This document shows, piece after piece, positions 42,044 through 53,243 of a stretch of 64,000 nt of DNA. The notes under the pieces are model-generated. The model searched no databases. It saw only the letters and a list, made by a program, of their open reading frames with translations, and was not told the DNA's origin. The translations under genes were made by a program, and so were the position numbers. Source of the DNA: Octopus sinensis (Eukaryota); the NCBI RefSeq assembly GCF_006345805.1, contig NC_043001.1:7564001-7628000 (forward strand), in the 5' to 3' direction. Numbering within the stretch: the stretch's first letter is position 1; every line of letters starts with the position of its first letter.

Positions 42044-43187
42044 TATTACGAAAAGGCTGAACACTACAATCAACAGAAAATTATGAGAAACTTAAAAACC
42101 CTGATCAACCCCCACAAAGAAGAACTCACTAACAAAGAATTCAACTTCATCACAAATTTCACTAGTAAAACCAGCCTCTTCTACGGTATTCCCAAAATTC
42201 ATAAAAGCGAATTAATAAGTAAGGCATGCAAGGAAGCCACAAACACTGTAATCAATGTCCCCTCACCAAATGACCTCAAATTGAGACCTATAATAGCAGG
42301 TCCCGCTTGCGAAACCCACCGCCTTAGCAATACCTCCCTTTCAATTCATGCCACCCTAGACACGTTAAAATTAACATTCCCTACAACTTAGCCAAGAGAA
42401 TTTGCACTATAGTCTCCAATAAAAACACCCGTCTCTTACGTCTACAAGAACTCAAGGGCACATTAACAAGCAGGGATTACCCCACGTCACTAATTGACAA
42501 TGGGATCCAACGCGCCCTAAAACTCAGCACGCAGGAACTTAGACGCCCTAAACCTGTTACATCGAAACCCCATACTCTACCATACATCTCTACACACAAC
42601 CCCCTCAACAATGAAGCTTTTGACACCATCCTCCAGAACATTCCTGTATTACAAAAGGACCATAGAATGAACCAAATCCTCTTAACACACGAAATCATAA
42701 AGAGCAAAAGGCAACCCAAATCATTGAAAACCATCCTAACAAATGCCAAAGTACTGCCAACCACAACAACTAAACCCACAGTAAACAAATGCAATAGACC
42801 CAACTGTGGTATATGCATCAACCTAATAGAAGGTCCGGAATTCCTTTTTAAACAAGGACAATGTTTCACAGTAAAACACAACTTCACATGCGCATCAGAA
42901 AACCTAGTATATGTCTTAACTTGCTCGGGCTGTAATGAACACTACATAGGCCAAACAAAAAATAGCCTCCGCCAACGCATGACTGTCCACAGATCCCAAA
43001 TAAAAATACAGGAATATAGAAAAATAGCATTTAGTGCACATATTGATACCTGTGCCGCACAACTCCATCCCAATTTTAGAATCTTTCCCCTCTACAAATT
43101 TAAAGACAATGCCACTCATACCAGCGAATAACCATGGAATCCCACCTTATTAATAAATACAGACCACTTCTAAACACATGCCCCTAA
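42044..43187 (+). pseudogene. PLE RT-EN ORF, spacer plus right arm (RT core deleted)
   Basis: YYEK...FYGIPKIHK...LRPIIAGPACETHRLSN jumps at 42330 to YLPFNSCHP; open 42331-43131; a 1-nt deletion at ~43121 hides the true C-terminus (stop at 43187). Confidence 0.92.
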
Positions 43188-43666
43188 CACGAACCCACAA
43201 CAAACACACTTACACCTGCACACACCCTACACACACCTTTACCCAGATATTAACACCATGACACACACAAATATATGGTTCCACACATACACATAATTGA
43301 ATACGGGTGCAAAACATCCAACACTATTTTTTGGAAATGGCTGTAAATATTGACTTCACACAAATACGTTGCTTCCCGATACAGGCACAAGGCCAGCAGA
43401 ACTATAAATATTGAAAATTGTACCCACACACATACACATATATACACGCGCGCGCGCCCCAACATACATATAAACACACACACGCGCGCGCGCACACACA
43501 TACATACATACAGATCTCCCTGTTCTAATGGAACTTACTTATCCAGTCAAGCGGAAAATACACTCCCTAACTACGCGCTAAAAAGCTATTTAAAATATCC
43601 ACATGACGTCTACTGACCAGCCTGAACAATAAGAATTTTCAACAACACTATTTTCGAAAATTCTAA

Positions 43667-43867
43667 ACATTCACGTGACCTCTTTATTATGGCCAATAAG
43701 AAGTTTTAGGCGGGACACTAGCCAAATTTTAACTTCTCTGGAGCCTTTTTTCTTACCCCAACACCAACTTCCATTCAAACATTCACGTGACCCCTTCATA
43801 ATGACCAATCAAAATTTTAGGCGCGAAACCAAGCAAATCCAAAACAACTCTGGAGCCTCTTTTTTTC
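43667..43867 (+). promoter_or_regulatory. Two tandem E-box/CCAAT/E2F modules in the PLE 3' region (mirror copy ~39833-40033)
   Basis: TCACGTGAC at 43671 and 43783 (period 112 bp), CCAAT at 43693 and 43805, GGCGGGA at ~43709 and GGCGCGAAA (reverse complement TTTCGCGCC) at 43820. Confidence 0.5.
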
Positions 43868-44041
43868 ACATAAAGAGACAGACTCTAATCTCTCTTTTAT
43901 ATTTTGATAAGCATAACAAATGCGCAACCGGTAAAAAGAACTTTCACCTAATTAAATTACTTAAATTACTTCAATTATTGTCAGCATTTTCTTCATTTCC
44001 TTTTTTATATATCACCACTCGTGTTCGACATCTCCTTTTTT

Positions 44042-44118
<77 letters not shown>

Positions 44119-44255
44119 TGAGTGAGTGATATATATATATATATATATATATACATAGATAGAAATAGAGTGAGATAGAGAGAGAGATATGGATATATAT
44201 ATTTAAATCTATTGACAGCGATGGGTTAATTTTCGCCCTTTTAAATTTCTAATTT

Positions 44256-44411
44256 TGCGCATGCGCATTGTTTGTTTTCAATTTTCTGTACTACACAGAA
44301 TAGTAGGTTGTGTTGGACACTGTCTGTGAGAAAAACAGCAGCATGACACCCTTCACTCTTCTAGAAATTTGGAAACGGCTTGTTGTGCTGATTGATATTC
44401 GCGCCGGAAGT
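44256..44411. promoter_or_regulatory. Candidate housekeeping-type promoter motifs (NRF1 and ETS)
   Basis: TGCGCATGCGCA at 44256-44267 and CCGGAAGT at 44404-44411. Confidence 0.25.
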
Positions 44412-44559
44412 TCCAATACGAATATCGGAAGCAATACGAATATCTCTGTCTGTCTCTATAAACAAGCAAACACACACGCACACACACACAAACACATACG
44501 CACACACACAAACACATACGCACACACAAACTCTACTCATTATTAACATTATTATTATT

Positions 44560-44760
44560 ATTATTATTATTATGATTACTATTATTCAGGACACTGCATG
44601 GAATAGATCTCGGAATCTTGGTAGCTCGCGCTCATAGCTATGCCATATGTTCAAGACACCTGATGGAAGCTGTGGGGTATATCAGCCGAAACGTTGTGTT
44701 AACAGCAAACAAGATGAGGACAAATATATGTCAAATGTAAATAATGTAAATAATATATAT
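44560..44760 (+). repeat. HHR-bearing repeat, single copy of the 20.2-kb family
   Basis: (ATT)n, then GACAC-CTGATGG-AAGCTG...CAGCC-GAAA-CG-TT-GTGTT (44655-44700), ending AAATGTAAATAATGTAAATAAT. Confidence 0.7.
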
Positions 44761-45604
44761 ATACATGTTTGTGGGTGTGTTGAGATAGAGGTGGGCATAT
44801 ATATATGTGTGTGTGTGTGTGTGTGAGTGTGTGTGTCTATGTATCTATGTGTGTATCAATGTATGCCTTCTTTTTGAAGGCACACAAATATAAGTGACCA
44901 GAAAGAAGCAAACGATTTACATTTATATAAAAGTACTTCAGCAAGACCGAGATATTAATAATTAAAACCAATTTTATCATAATAAATGAAGGTAATCCAA
45001 ATGAGTTTTGCGAATATTTCACCTTATGCCTTCATAGAATGGTCTTTTTACAAAATATTTATTCGTAACAATGCGCTTAGTTCTGATATATCTCCAAGAG
45101 AAAAGTTTTGAAGTTCAAATTTCATATTGAAGACTGCTAATTCAGTTGCTCTAATTGTAAAGACACTTTCACACCGATTTTCCCAAGGTGTTAATGATTA
45201 AATAATTTGATTAGTCGGTAATGAGTGTAATAAATTATTCTAAATTTATAATATAAGTCGTTGTTAACATTATTATCATTATTGAACGAGTAACTGGCTG
45301 CTTCGGAATGATTCCCAAGAATATTACTAAAAAGAAGACGCTAATAGAAGCCAATTTCTAGTCAATGAGAGACAGAAAGCATGACATTAACGAAAATAGA
45401 ATGTTTTCATTTCTAAGACGTCTGGCAGCGGGATCATATTTTCAAGAACAGCTTGTTGATTCCAGACAGAATTTGAATGGTGGACTCAAATCGTGCGGCA
45501 GTGAAGAGTACCGTCATGAGTATTTATTACACAAATATTTCGAGGAGTATGTTCATAAAGAAATTAGATCTTGTTATTTAGATTAATACTTGGAAGAATG
45601 TTTA

Positions 45605-46330
45605 TATTCCGCCGAGGTCAATTTTACATTTCACCCTTAAATTTTGCATTTCACGATTAAATTAAGGACTATTTTCTTACTAGGGTCAATCTAATCGACT
45701 AGACCCCTCTGCCCAAATTTAGGGTCTTTTGCCTAGAGTAGAAGATAATATTTTACTGAGTGATATCTTAAAGGCGGCGAGCTGGCAGAAACGTTAGCAC
45801 GCCGGGCGAAATGCTTACCGGTATTTCGTCTGCCGTTTAGTTCTGAGTTCAATTTCCGCCGAGGTCGACTTTGCCTTTCATCCTTTCGGGGTCAATTAAA
45901 TAGGTACCAGTTACGCACTGGGGTCGATATAATCGACTTAATCCGTTTGTCTGTCCTTGTTTGTTCCCTCTGTGTTTTGCCCCATGTTGGTAGTAAAGAA
46001 ATAGAAATAGGTATTTCGTCCGTCTTTACGTTCTGAGTTCAAATTCCGCTGAGCTCGACTTTGCCTTTCATCATTTCGGGGCCAATACAATTAAGTAACA
46101 GTAGCGTACTGTGATCGATCTAATCGACTGGCCCCCATCCCCAAAATTTAGGCTTAGTGCCTACAGTAGAAAATAATATTTGAAGGAAAGTTCATATTCG
46201 GCCGAGGTTGACTTTGCATTTCAGCCTTTCGAAGTCGATAACATTAAGTAGAATTAGGCCAATGAGGCTGATGTAATCGATCACCAGACCTCGAAAATCA
46301 CTGACCTTGTGTCAAAATTTGAAACCAATT
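45605..46330 (+). mobile_element. Head-to-tail cluster of four SINE family A copies or fragments
   Basis: Fragments at ~45605, 45773 (full), 46010 and 46195, all sharing GAGGTCGACTTTGC..TTTCA-like bodies. Confidence 0.85.
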
Positions 46331-46960
46331 TTTAAAAGAAAAATCTGAGGTCTGTGTTTCTTTTCAACTACTTATGAATATGGAGATTTTTCGAAGATAA
46401 CATATAGAATATACAAGTAGAGAAAATAATCATTTTTATTCTACTGATTCCCAGATTACATCTTACAAAATTTCAACACTGAATTCAGTCTAATATTTCT
46501 TTTATCCAATAAGTGTTTCAGTCGCTAGACTGCGTTCACACTAGGTCAATGTCTTGCAGAACAGACCCCAATACCTTCTTTTAATCCTGCTACATATTGC
46601 GTCTGTCTGAGGTACCGAAGCGCTAAATTGTAACGATGCAAGCATATAGACACCGGCATTCCGGTGATGATGGGTGATACACACAGACAGAAAATCACGC
46701 ACACTTAGATGCACACATACCCAAAATTATATATACAATACACACACACATACAAATGCAAATACATACATACATGCATACATAATGGGTACATACATAT
46801 ATATATATGTGTATGTGTGTGTTTGTAAGAAATAAGGGAAAAAGAAAATGGAATAAACAGGTATCATTATACATTAGAATGATTATATCGATCCCTTGTG
46901 TGTGGGATAGAGGAAAGCGGGTTGTGTTGCAGCTTCCGGTGTAGCCTTAGACATAGTCTA

Positions 46961-47056
46961 AGCAAACCACATGCTTCCGTGTTCAGTCCCACAGCATGGT
47001 ACCTTTGGAGCGTGTCTACCACCAAAGCCTTGTGAGTGGATTTGGTAGACGGTAAC

Positions 47057-47147
<91 letters not shown>

Positions 47148-47285
47148 GATGGGTTTAATTCAGTTTCCGTCAAATGAATCCACTTGCATGTCATATGTCG
47201 TCGCGAGGTTATAATAGAAACAGCCGTCCTCGATGTCATGCAATGGGAGTCAACAGGGAATCACGTCGTTGAGAAGAAATGTGTT
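46961..47285. mobile_element. Two degenerate SINE family C fragments in opposite orientation around a (TA)n run
   Basis: 46961-47060 plus (GATTTGGTAGACGGTAACTGAA); 47147-47285 minus (TTCAGTTTCCGTCAAATGAATCCAC). Confidence 0.6.
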
Positions 47286-48136
47286 TATCCCTTGTACCAA
47301 TATTCAAAAACCCCGCTGAAATATGTTGCTCGCGGCTTTGATGCGCAAAATTTGTGGATTTCTTTATAATCATACAAATTATTGAAGCATATGAAATAGT
47401 TGTTTAACTTATAGAAGGAGAAATATTCAAGGAAAATTTAAACAATTAATGAATACATTCCTGGTGTTCTCTGAATATTATTTTGTCTGTTCTTTTATAA
47501 ATTTCATAGGCGACGAATAAAAAAAATTTTAAATGGATTGAAATATTCACACATTTATTGCCGAAATTTGGAAATACGATCTGCAATAAACTTCGTTGCT
47601 CGAAGGCAAATCGTTGATTTAGAAATAAAGGAAGTGCAATAAATATTGTTGAGTAAAAAAAGGTCAGCATTTCAATTCCGATTTTCGCTGGTATTTAGCC
47701 AAAAATGTAACGATAAATTAGTGATTGTGTCTGCAAAATGTGGAAATTCCTTATTCATTTCAAAATAATTTGGTTGAAAGAAATTTCAAGATGTATGTAG
47801 CGACTTACAAAGACATTATGAAAGACGCTATGTTAAAATACATATGTTAAAGTACATATAAACTAACACAAGAGCTGCGTACGTACATGCAGAAGCACGT
47901 GCACTTCCTTGGTCAAACGCGCGCAATTACACGCGAAAACACACGCGCAGACACGCACACTCATATATGCATAAATACACACACGCATGCATGTATGATC
48001 ATATGCATACATACATACATTCATATATATAAATCTATATATATATAAATGTATAAATATTTATATATATATATATATATATATAAATCTATATATATAT
48101 ATATAATCTATATATATAAATGTATATATATAAATG

Positions 48137-48174
<38 letters not shown>

Positions 48175-49065
48175 GCTTGTATTCTTTAATATATATATAT
48201 GAATTCTATGATTATGTATATATACATATATATACTTACATATATATATGAATGTATGTATATATATATGAATATATATACATAAATGTATGTGTATATA
48301 TGTATACATATACATACATATATATGTATGTATACATGCATGTATGGGTAGCGTTAAACACAATGTGAAACAAAAAAAAAATTAAAACGAAAAAATAGAA
48401 AAGTAACTTTTTTCGAAGAACGAAGAAAGCAAAGAAGCGAGACATGCAACGTAAAGAATATTCCCCTCCATCAATTGTCCCTATTTAATCTATATCTATA
48501 TATATATATATATATTATATATATATATATACATATATGCATGTATGTAAGCCCACATGCACAACATACACTCACACTCATATATATATATATGCACACG
48601 TACCGGTATATATATCCATTTATGTATTTATATATTTTGTCAAAGCGTCCGTGTTCCTATCGATTTTGTACCAATTTAAATCATACATATAAAGTTATTT
48701 CTGGTATCATTGAAATCGATTAATTTCTACTATTTAATTGATATCATAGACAACTGACATTAAATTCTTCGGAGCAATTACAATGTAGGCAATTCAGAGA
48801 ACAAGCAATATTGGCATGATGATACTAATCGAAGAATGGCTCTTTGTTTCCTAACAAATGGTTTCAGAATTCCACTAACTCTCACCTCTTTTAATTGTGT
48901 GTCTGAACACTATTCTTAAAATAACAGTACTTCACTTCTCCACACATGTGTATGTGTGTCTGTGAGTACGTATGAAAACATATATACTTTATACACACAC
49001 ACACACACATACATACATATATATATATTATATATATATATATATAATATATATATATGTATGTA

Positions 49066-49098
<33 letters not shown>

Positions 49099-49215
49099 CT
49101 ATATATATATATGTATGTATATATAAATATTGAATATTATGCATATATATATATGCATGTATATATACATATATGATATATACATATATATATGTATGTA
49201 TATATGCATGTATAT

Positions 49216-49257
<42 letters not shown>

Positions 49258-49835
49258 TAGATATATATCTATACACATATTGATACACAAATTCATATAC
49301 ATATATACACACATTATATAAACATGCACACACACTCATATATATATATGGGTGGGTATTTGTGTGTCTATCAATTACCATATTATAACGTAATACGTTT
49401 TATTATCTGAGATGTTGTTTCGCGATAATGGAAGACGCATTGTCATATATTTCAATATGAACACAGGTGATATCGCAGACAGAACCAGTTTCAAATGATT
49501 GTGCTGAAAATGCTTTCATGAATATTGATGTGCATGACTGCTCGTTACCATATTAATTGTTTTGAAAATAGAAGGTATTGTCTCTAACATGCTATTCATG
49601 CGCTTGTATTCATTCCTTCAAAATTAAATTAAGTTACCAAAGGGATTGAAATAGAGAATAATTCTGATAATTTGGTACACACGCCACACACCGACACATA
49701 CATACTTGCAAGTGTCTGCACACCCACAAAGCATACACTCATACACGCTCACATACACACATACACACTCATATACACTCATATATATATATATATGTAT
49801 ATGCATACATGAATACATACTTATATCTGCATGTG

Positions 49836-49880
<45 letters not shown>

Positions 49881-50166
49881 ATATGTATTTACACACACAC
49901 GCAGAGACACGCACACACGCAGACTTCCGCATATGTGTATATACGTGTATGCAAATTTATTTATACATGTAGATATCTTCCCTTGTGTAAATCCTTGTTT
50001 AATAACACACAAATGACCCTGTCGTTTTCTATCAACATATATTTCTCTCTGTTCATGCATATGTATATATGATTATGTATATATATACGTATGTATATAT
50101 ATATACGTATATATTATGTATATATACACGTATGTATATATGTATATATACATATACGTGTATATA

Positions 50167-50222
<56 letters not shown>

Positions 50223-50934
50223 CATATATATATGGTGTGTGCGTATGTATATATGTGTGTATGTATGCATGTATTTATGTATGTATGTATGTATAAGGCT
50301 ATATATGTGGAATATACGCAAATGGTACGGAAATACATACAGACACACACACATACATACATACATACATACATATATACATATACATATATATATATTT
50401 ATATATAAGGGAACGGCGATATGGCGAGTGATTCCTGTACATGTGGATGACTTTCTTTCGTTTTGTAGATATATCTGTAAATGTTGCAAATTTTAACTGT
50501 GGTTTATACTGTATATCTTCACGTTCTAATAAGCAGATTTCCCACTGTAACTGGGACCCGTTATTCAGCTATGAGGCTGGAGGTGATTGTCTTCTGTGCT
50601 CTTCATGACATAGACATAAATTATTTTAGCCAAGTGTCCTCTCACTGCTACGTTACCTCTACCTATAGGTTCCCTATTAACGTTCTCTTGGGTTGTGTGT
50701 CATAATTAAAATGTAGAATTAAGACAATTTCACAGTTTCCATATGTATGTCAGAAATAGTTATGAAAGTAATATGGATACAGTTTCTATGTATGTGTCCT
50801 ATATATCCGGCATATTATGTATAGAAGACTGATTGATTCCTTCATACACACAAAGAGATATAAAGAAACGTAGTTATATAGATCGATCGATAGAGGGCTA
50901 GCTTGTAAATATATAGATATATATATATATATAG

Positions 50935-51002
<68 letters not shown>

Positions 51003-51477
51003 AGTCACACTAGTAGATGGATTGATTGATTGACTGATTCATTGATTCATTGGTTGATTGATAGATAGATAGATATTGGCAAGTGAAAAATCACATAGAA
51101 AATAGTGAGATAGATAAGTATATGTAAAGAAACGGACAGATAGAGAGGCAGATAGGACATGAAGAGAAGCAGAGAAATTATGCGTTTTTATATGTATGAT
51201 TTGTGCGTGTTTGTGTCTGTGTGAGAAAGAACATTTGAATATTATGCTGCGGTGTGTTCTTCAAAACTTCAATGACAAATATGTCGATATTCAATAAGTC
51301 CTGCCAAATCTAATTCTATGACATTTAACATCAGTTTTCCTTTGACACACGCCTCTAGATTAAATCATGTAATATTTGCTAAGGTCAATGGCATTGCTGA
51401 TTTTCCATGACTGTTTACATTTTACTCCAGTATGTCTTGGTAATTACACTTGTCTCCACTTAAATTTTTATGAGTAA

Positions 51478-51872
51478 CTAGCAGTATCGCCCGGCATTGC
51501 TCGGGCTTGTAAGGGAAATAACTATATAAGCATTTTTAGACAGTTATAGTAAAAAAAAGCAAAAAATGCATAAAAAATGGAAAGAAATAATGGTAATTTT
51601 TTTTTTAAATCGTTAACTCATCGTAGACATTTTTAGAGAGTTACTTCCCTTATATAATAGCGATAAAATGCATTAAAATGGAAAAAAATTAAGGTAATTT
51701 TTATTTTAAATCGTAGACTCCTCATAGATGCGCGCTAATACCCATAAGGGCTCGATATGAACCACGACTATAAGATACCCGGTTTTGGTTAAACTGCACC
51801 GCAAAATGTGGGAGTAGTTAGGAATCTAAATCGTAGGAGACATACACACAACTTCTCTTTTATATATAAAGA
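51478..51872 (-). mobile_element. Non-autonomous Helitron
   Basis: Minus strand begins TC (TCTTTATATATAAAAG) and ends CTAG, has a subterminal GC-rich hairpin CCCGAGCAATGCCGGG, sits between A and T and has no TSD; internal tandem repeats. Confidence 0.8.
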
Positions 51873-52519
51873 TTTTCATTTGGACGATATACTCTCAGAG
51901 GGGTTTTCTTCTGAAAGTGTCATTTTTTTTCTGAAATATTAATGTGTGCACTTGTGTTTATGGGAATTATTATGCATCCCAGGGAAAATTAGAACCTGAC
52001 AACGTCTATTGTTTCATTAAATCTGCAGCATTTACCAAGCTTTATGGAATTATATGATTCGGTTATCCCCACTCATAAGAACACAGAGCTGGGTTTTGGA
52101 GAAGATTCGAAACATTTGAAAAGCAAAGAATGGGTGAAAAGACACAAATAATGGAAATTTTGTTTGTCAGCAATTTTTGAAATTTAAAATCACGATAAAA
52201 TTTTCGAATTTGGTGTCTTGATATTATTTTCAAGCTGAAACTCAAGACCGACTTCACTTGTTCCAGAAAAAAATTGCAACACTTTACAGTGTTTTATATT
52301 TTGATAATTTTTACCGAGTCAGCAAACAGGATTTGGAATCTGTTCTTTTGTGCGCGTTGCCAATATTGCAACGATATCAGTTCTTAAATATGAAACTAAA
52401 ACAATCAAACATTGACTGATTTCTGCTTTACGCACACCATATAACTCTTAGTGACATTTTAAAAAAAGTTTTGAATTGTTCTGAAAAGATTGCAAATTTA
52501 TATATTTATATATATATTT

Positions 52520-52550
<31 letters not shown>

Positions 52551-52600
52551 TTTATTATTTTTTAAAGTTGAATTTTTATTTTTATTTATTTATTATGTTT

Positions 52601-52951
52601 TTTTTAATAAATATATATAACTATCAAAAAGTATTAAAAAGTTTAATATAAGATAAAAAGTAAAACCATTACGATCGTTTCATGCTCATAAGCTAATTCG
52701 AATAACTTAAATTCAATTAATAAATCGAAATATTTTATTTTTCTTAAAAAAATATTGTTTAAATATATTTGATTATTTATTTAACTATTATCTTTAACCT
52801 GAAGATTGACTATAACCATAATTTGAATTATTAATTGAATTTAAGTTATACGCATTAGGTTATGGGCATGAAACGATCGTAGTGGTTTTACTTTTTATCT
52901 TATATTAAACTTTTTAATACTTTTTGATAGTTATATATATATTATTAAAAA
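52601..52951. repeat. ~350-bp AT-rich palindrome whose right half contains an HHR-like motif
   Basis: ~120-bp arms; CTGAAGA 52799-52805, GAAA-CGATCG-TA 52870-52881. Confidence 0.8.
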
Positions 52952-53065
52952 TATATATTATATATATATATATATTATATATATATATATCGCCATATGT
53001 TGATTCGCTAGCTTCTGCACGCATTTTTTCTCTCCTTGTTTCTCTCCGTGTATCTTTTCTGTGTA

Positions 53066-53103
53066 TCTTTCTGTTGAAGAGCGTAGGCTCGAAACGTAAA
53101 AGA
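53066..53103 (+). ncRNA. Minimal hammerhead-like motif, non-canonical core
   Basis: TCTTT-CTGTTGAA-GAGC(GTAG)GCTC-GAAA-CG-TA-AAAGA, with perfect stems I and II. Confidence 0.45.
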
Positions 53104-53209
53104 CTTGTTTTATTTATATTCCTGAGCGCCATACTAATAGAATTGTTTGTTTGTATTTCACCTGCCTTCGTCTTTTGTTTATTTTCATAAAGCTTCCCGT
53201 TATATATAT

Positions 53210-53243
<34 letters not shown>

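Larger units (their letters stand above)
39688..44012. mobile_element. Penelope-like element (Neptune-like) as a head-to-head inverted duplication
   Basis: Left arm 39688-42043 (minus) and right arm 42308-44012 (plus) are nearly identical; unique spacer 42044-42307 encodes the upstream RT region; RT and GIY-YIG motifs present; TA-rich at both ends. Confidence 0.95.

Noticed and set aside
40812-42887. Two 136-aa ORFs MKLCFTVKH... (40812-41222 plus, 42477-42887 minus)
   Set aside because: Antisense shadows of the PLE frame, duplicated by the palindrome.
40512-43187. Selenocysteine recoding in the PLE ORF
   Set aside because: The repaired frame shows no in-frame TGA; the interruptions are 1-nt indels.
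39688-44012. Palindrome as a pure long-read fold-back artefact
   Set aside because: Largely disfavoured: arms end in different flanks, there is a unique in-frame spacer and an arm-specific microhomology deletion. Read-level confirmation is still needed.
43188-44012. Hammerhead in the large PLE's own 3' region
   Set aside because: Only CTGAACA and an AGAATTTTC/GAAAATTCT stem near 43622-43664; no proper CUGANGA or UH arrangement.
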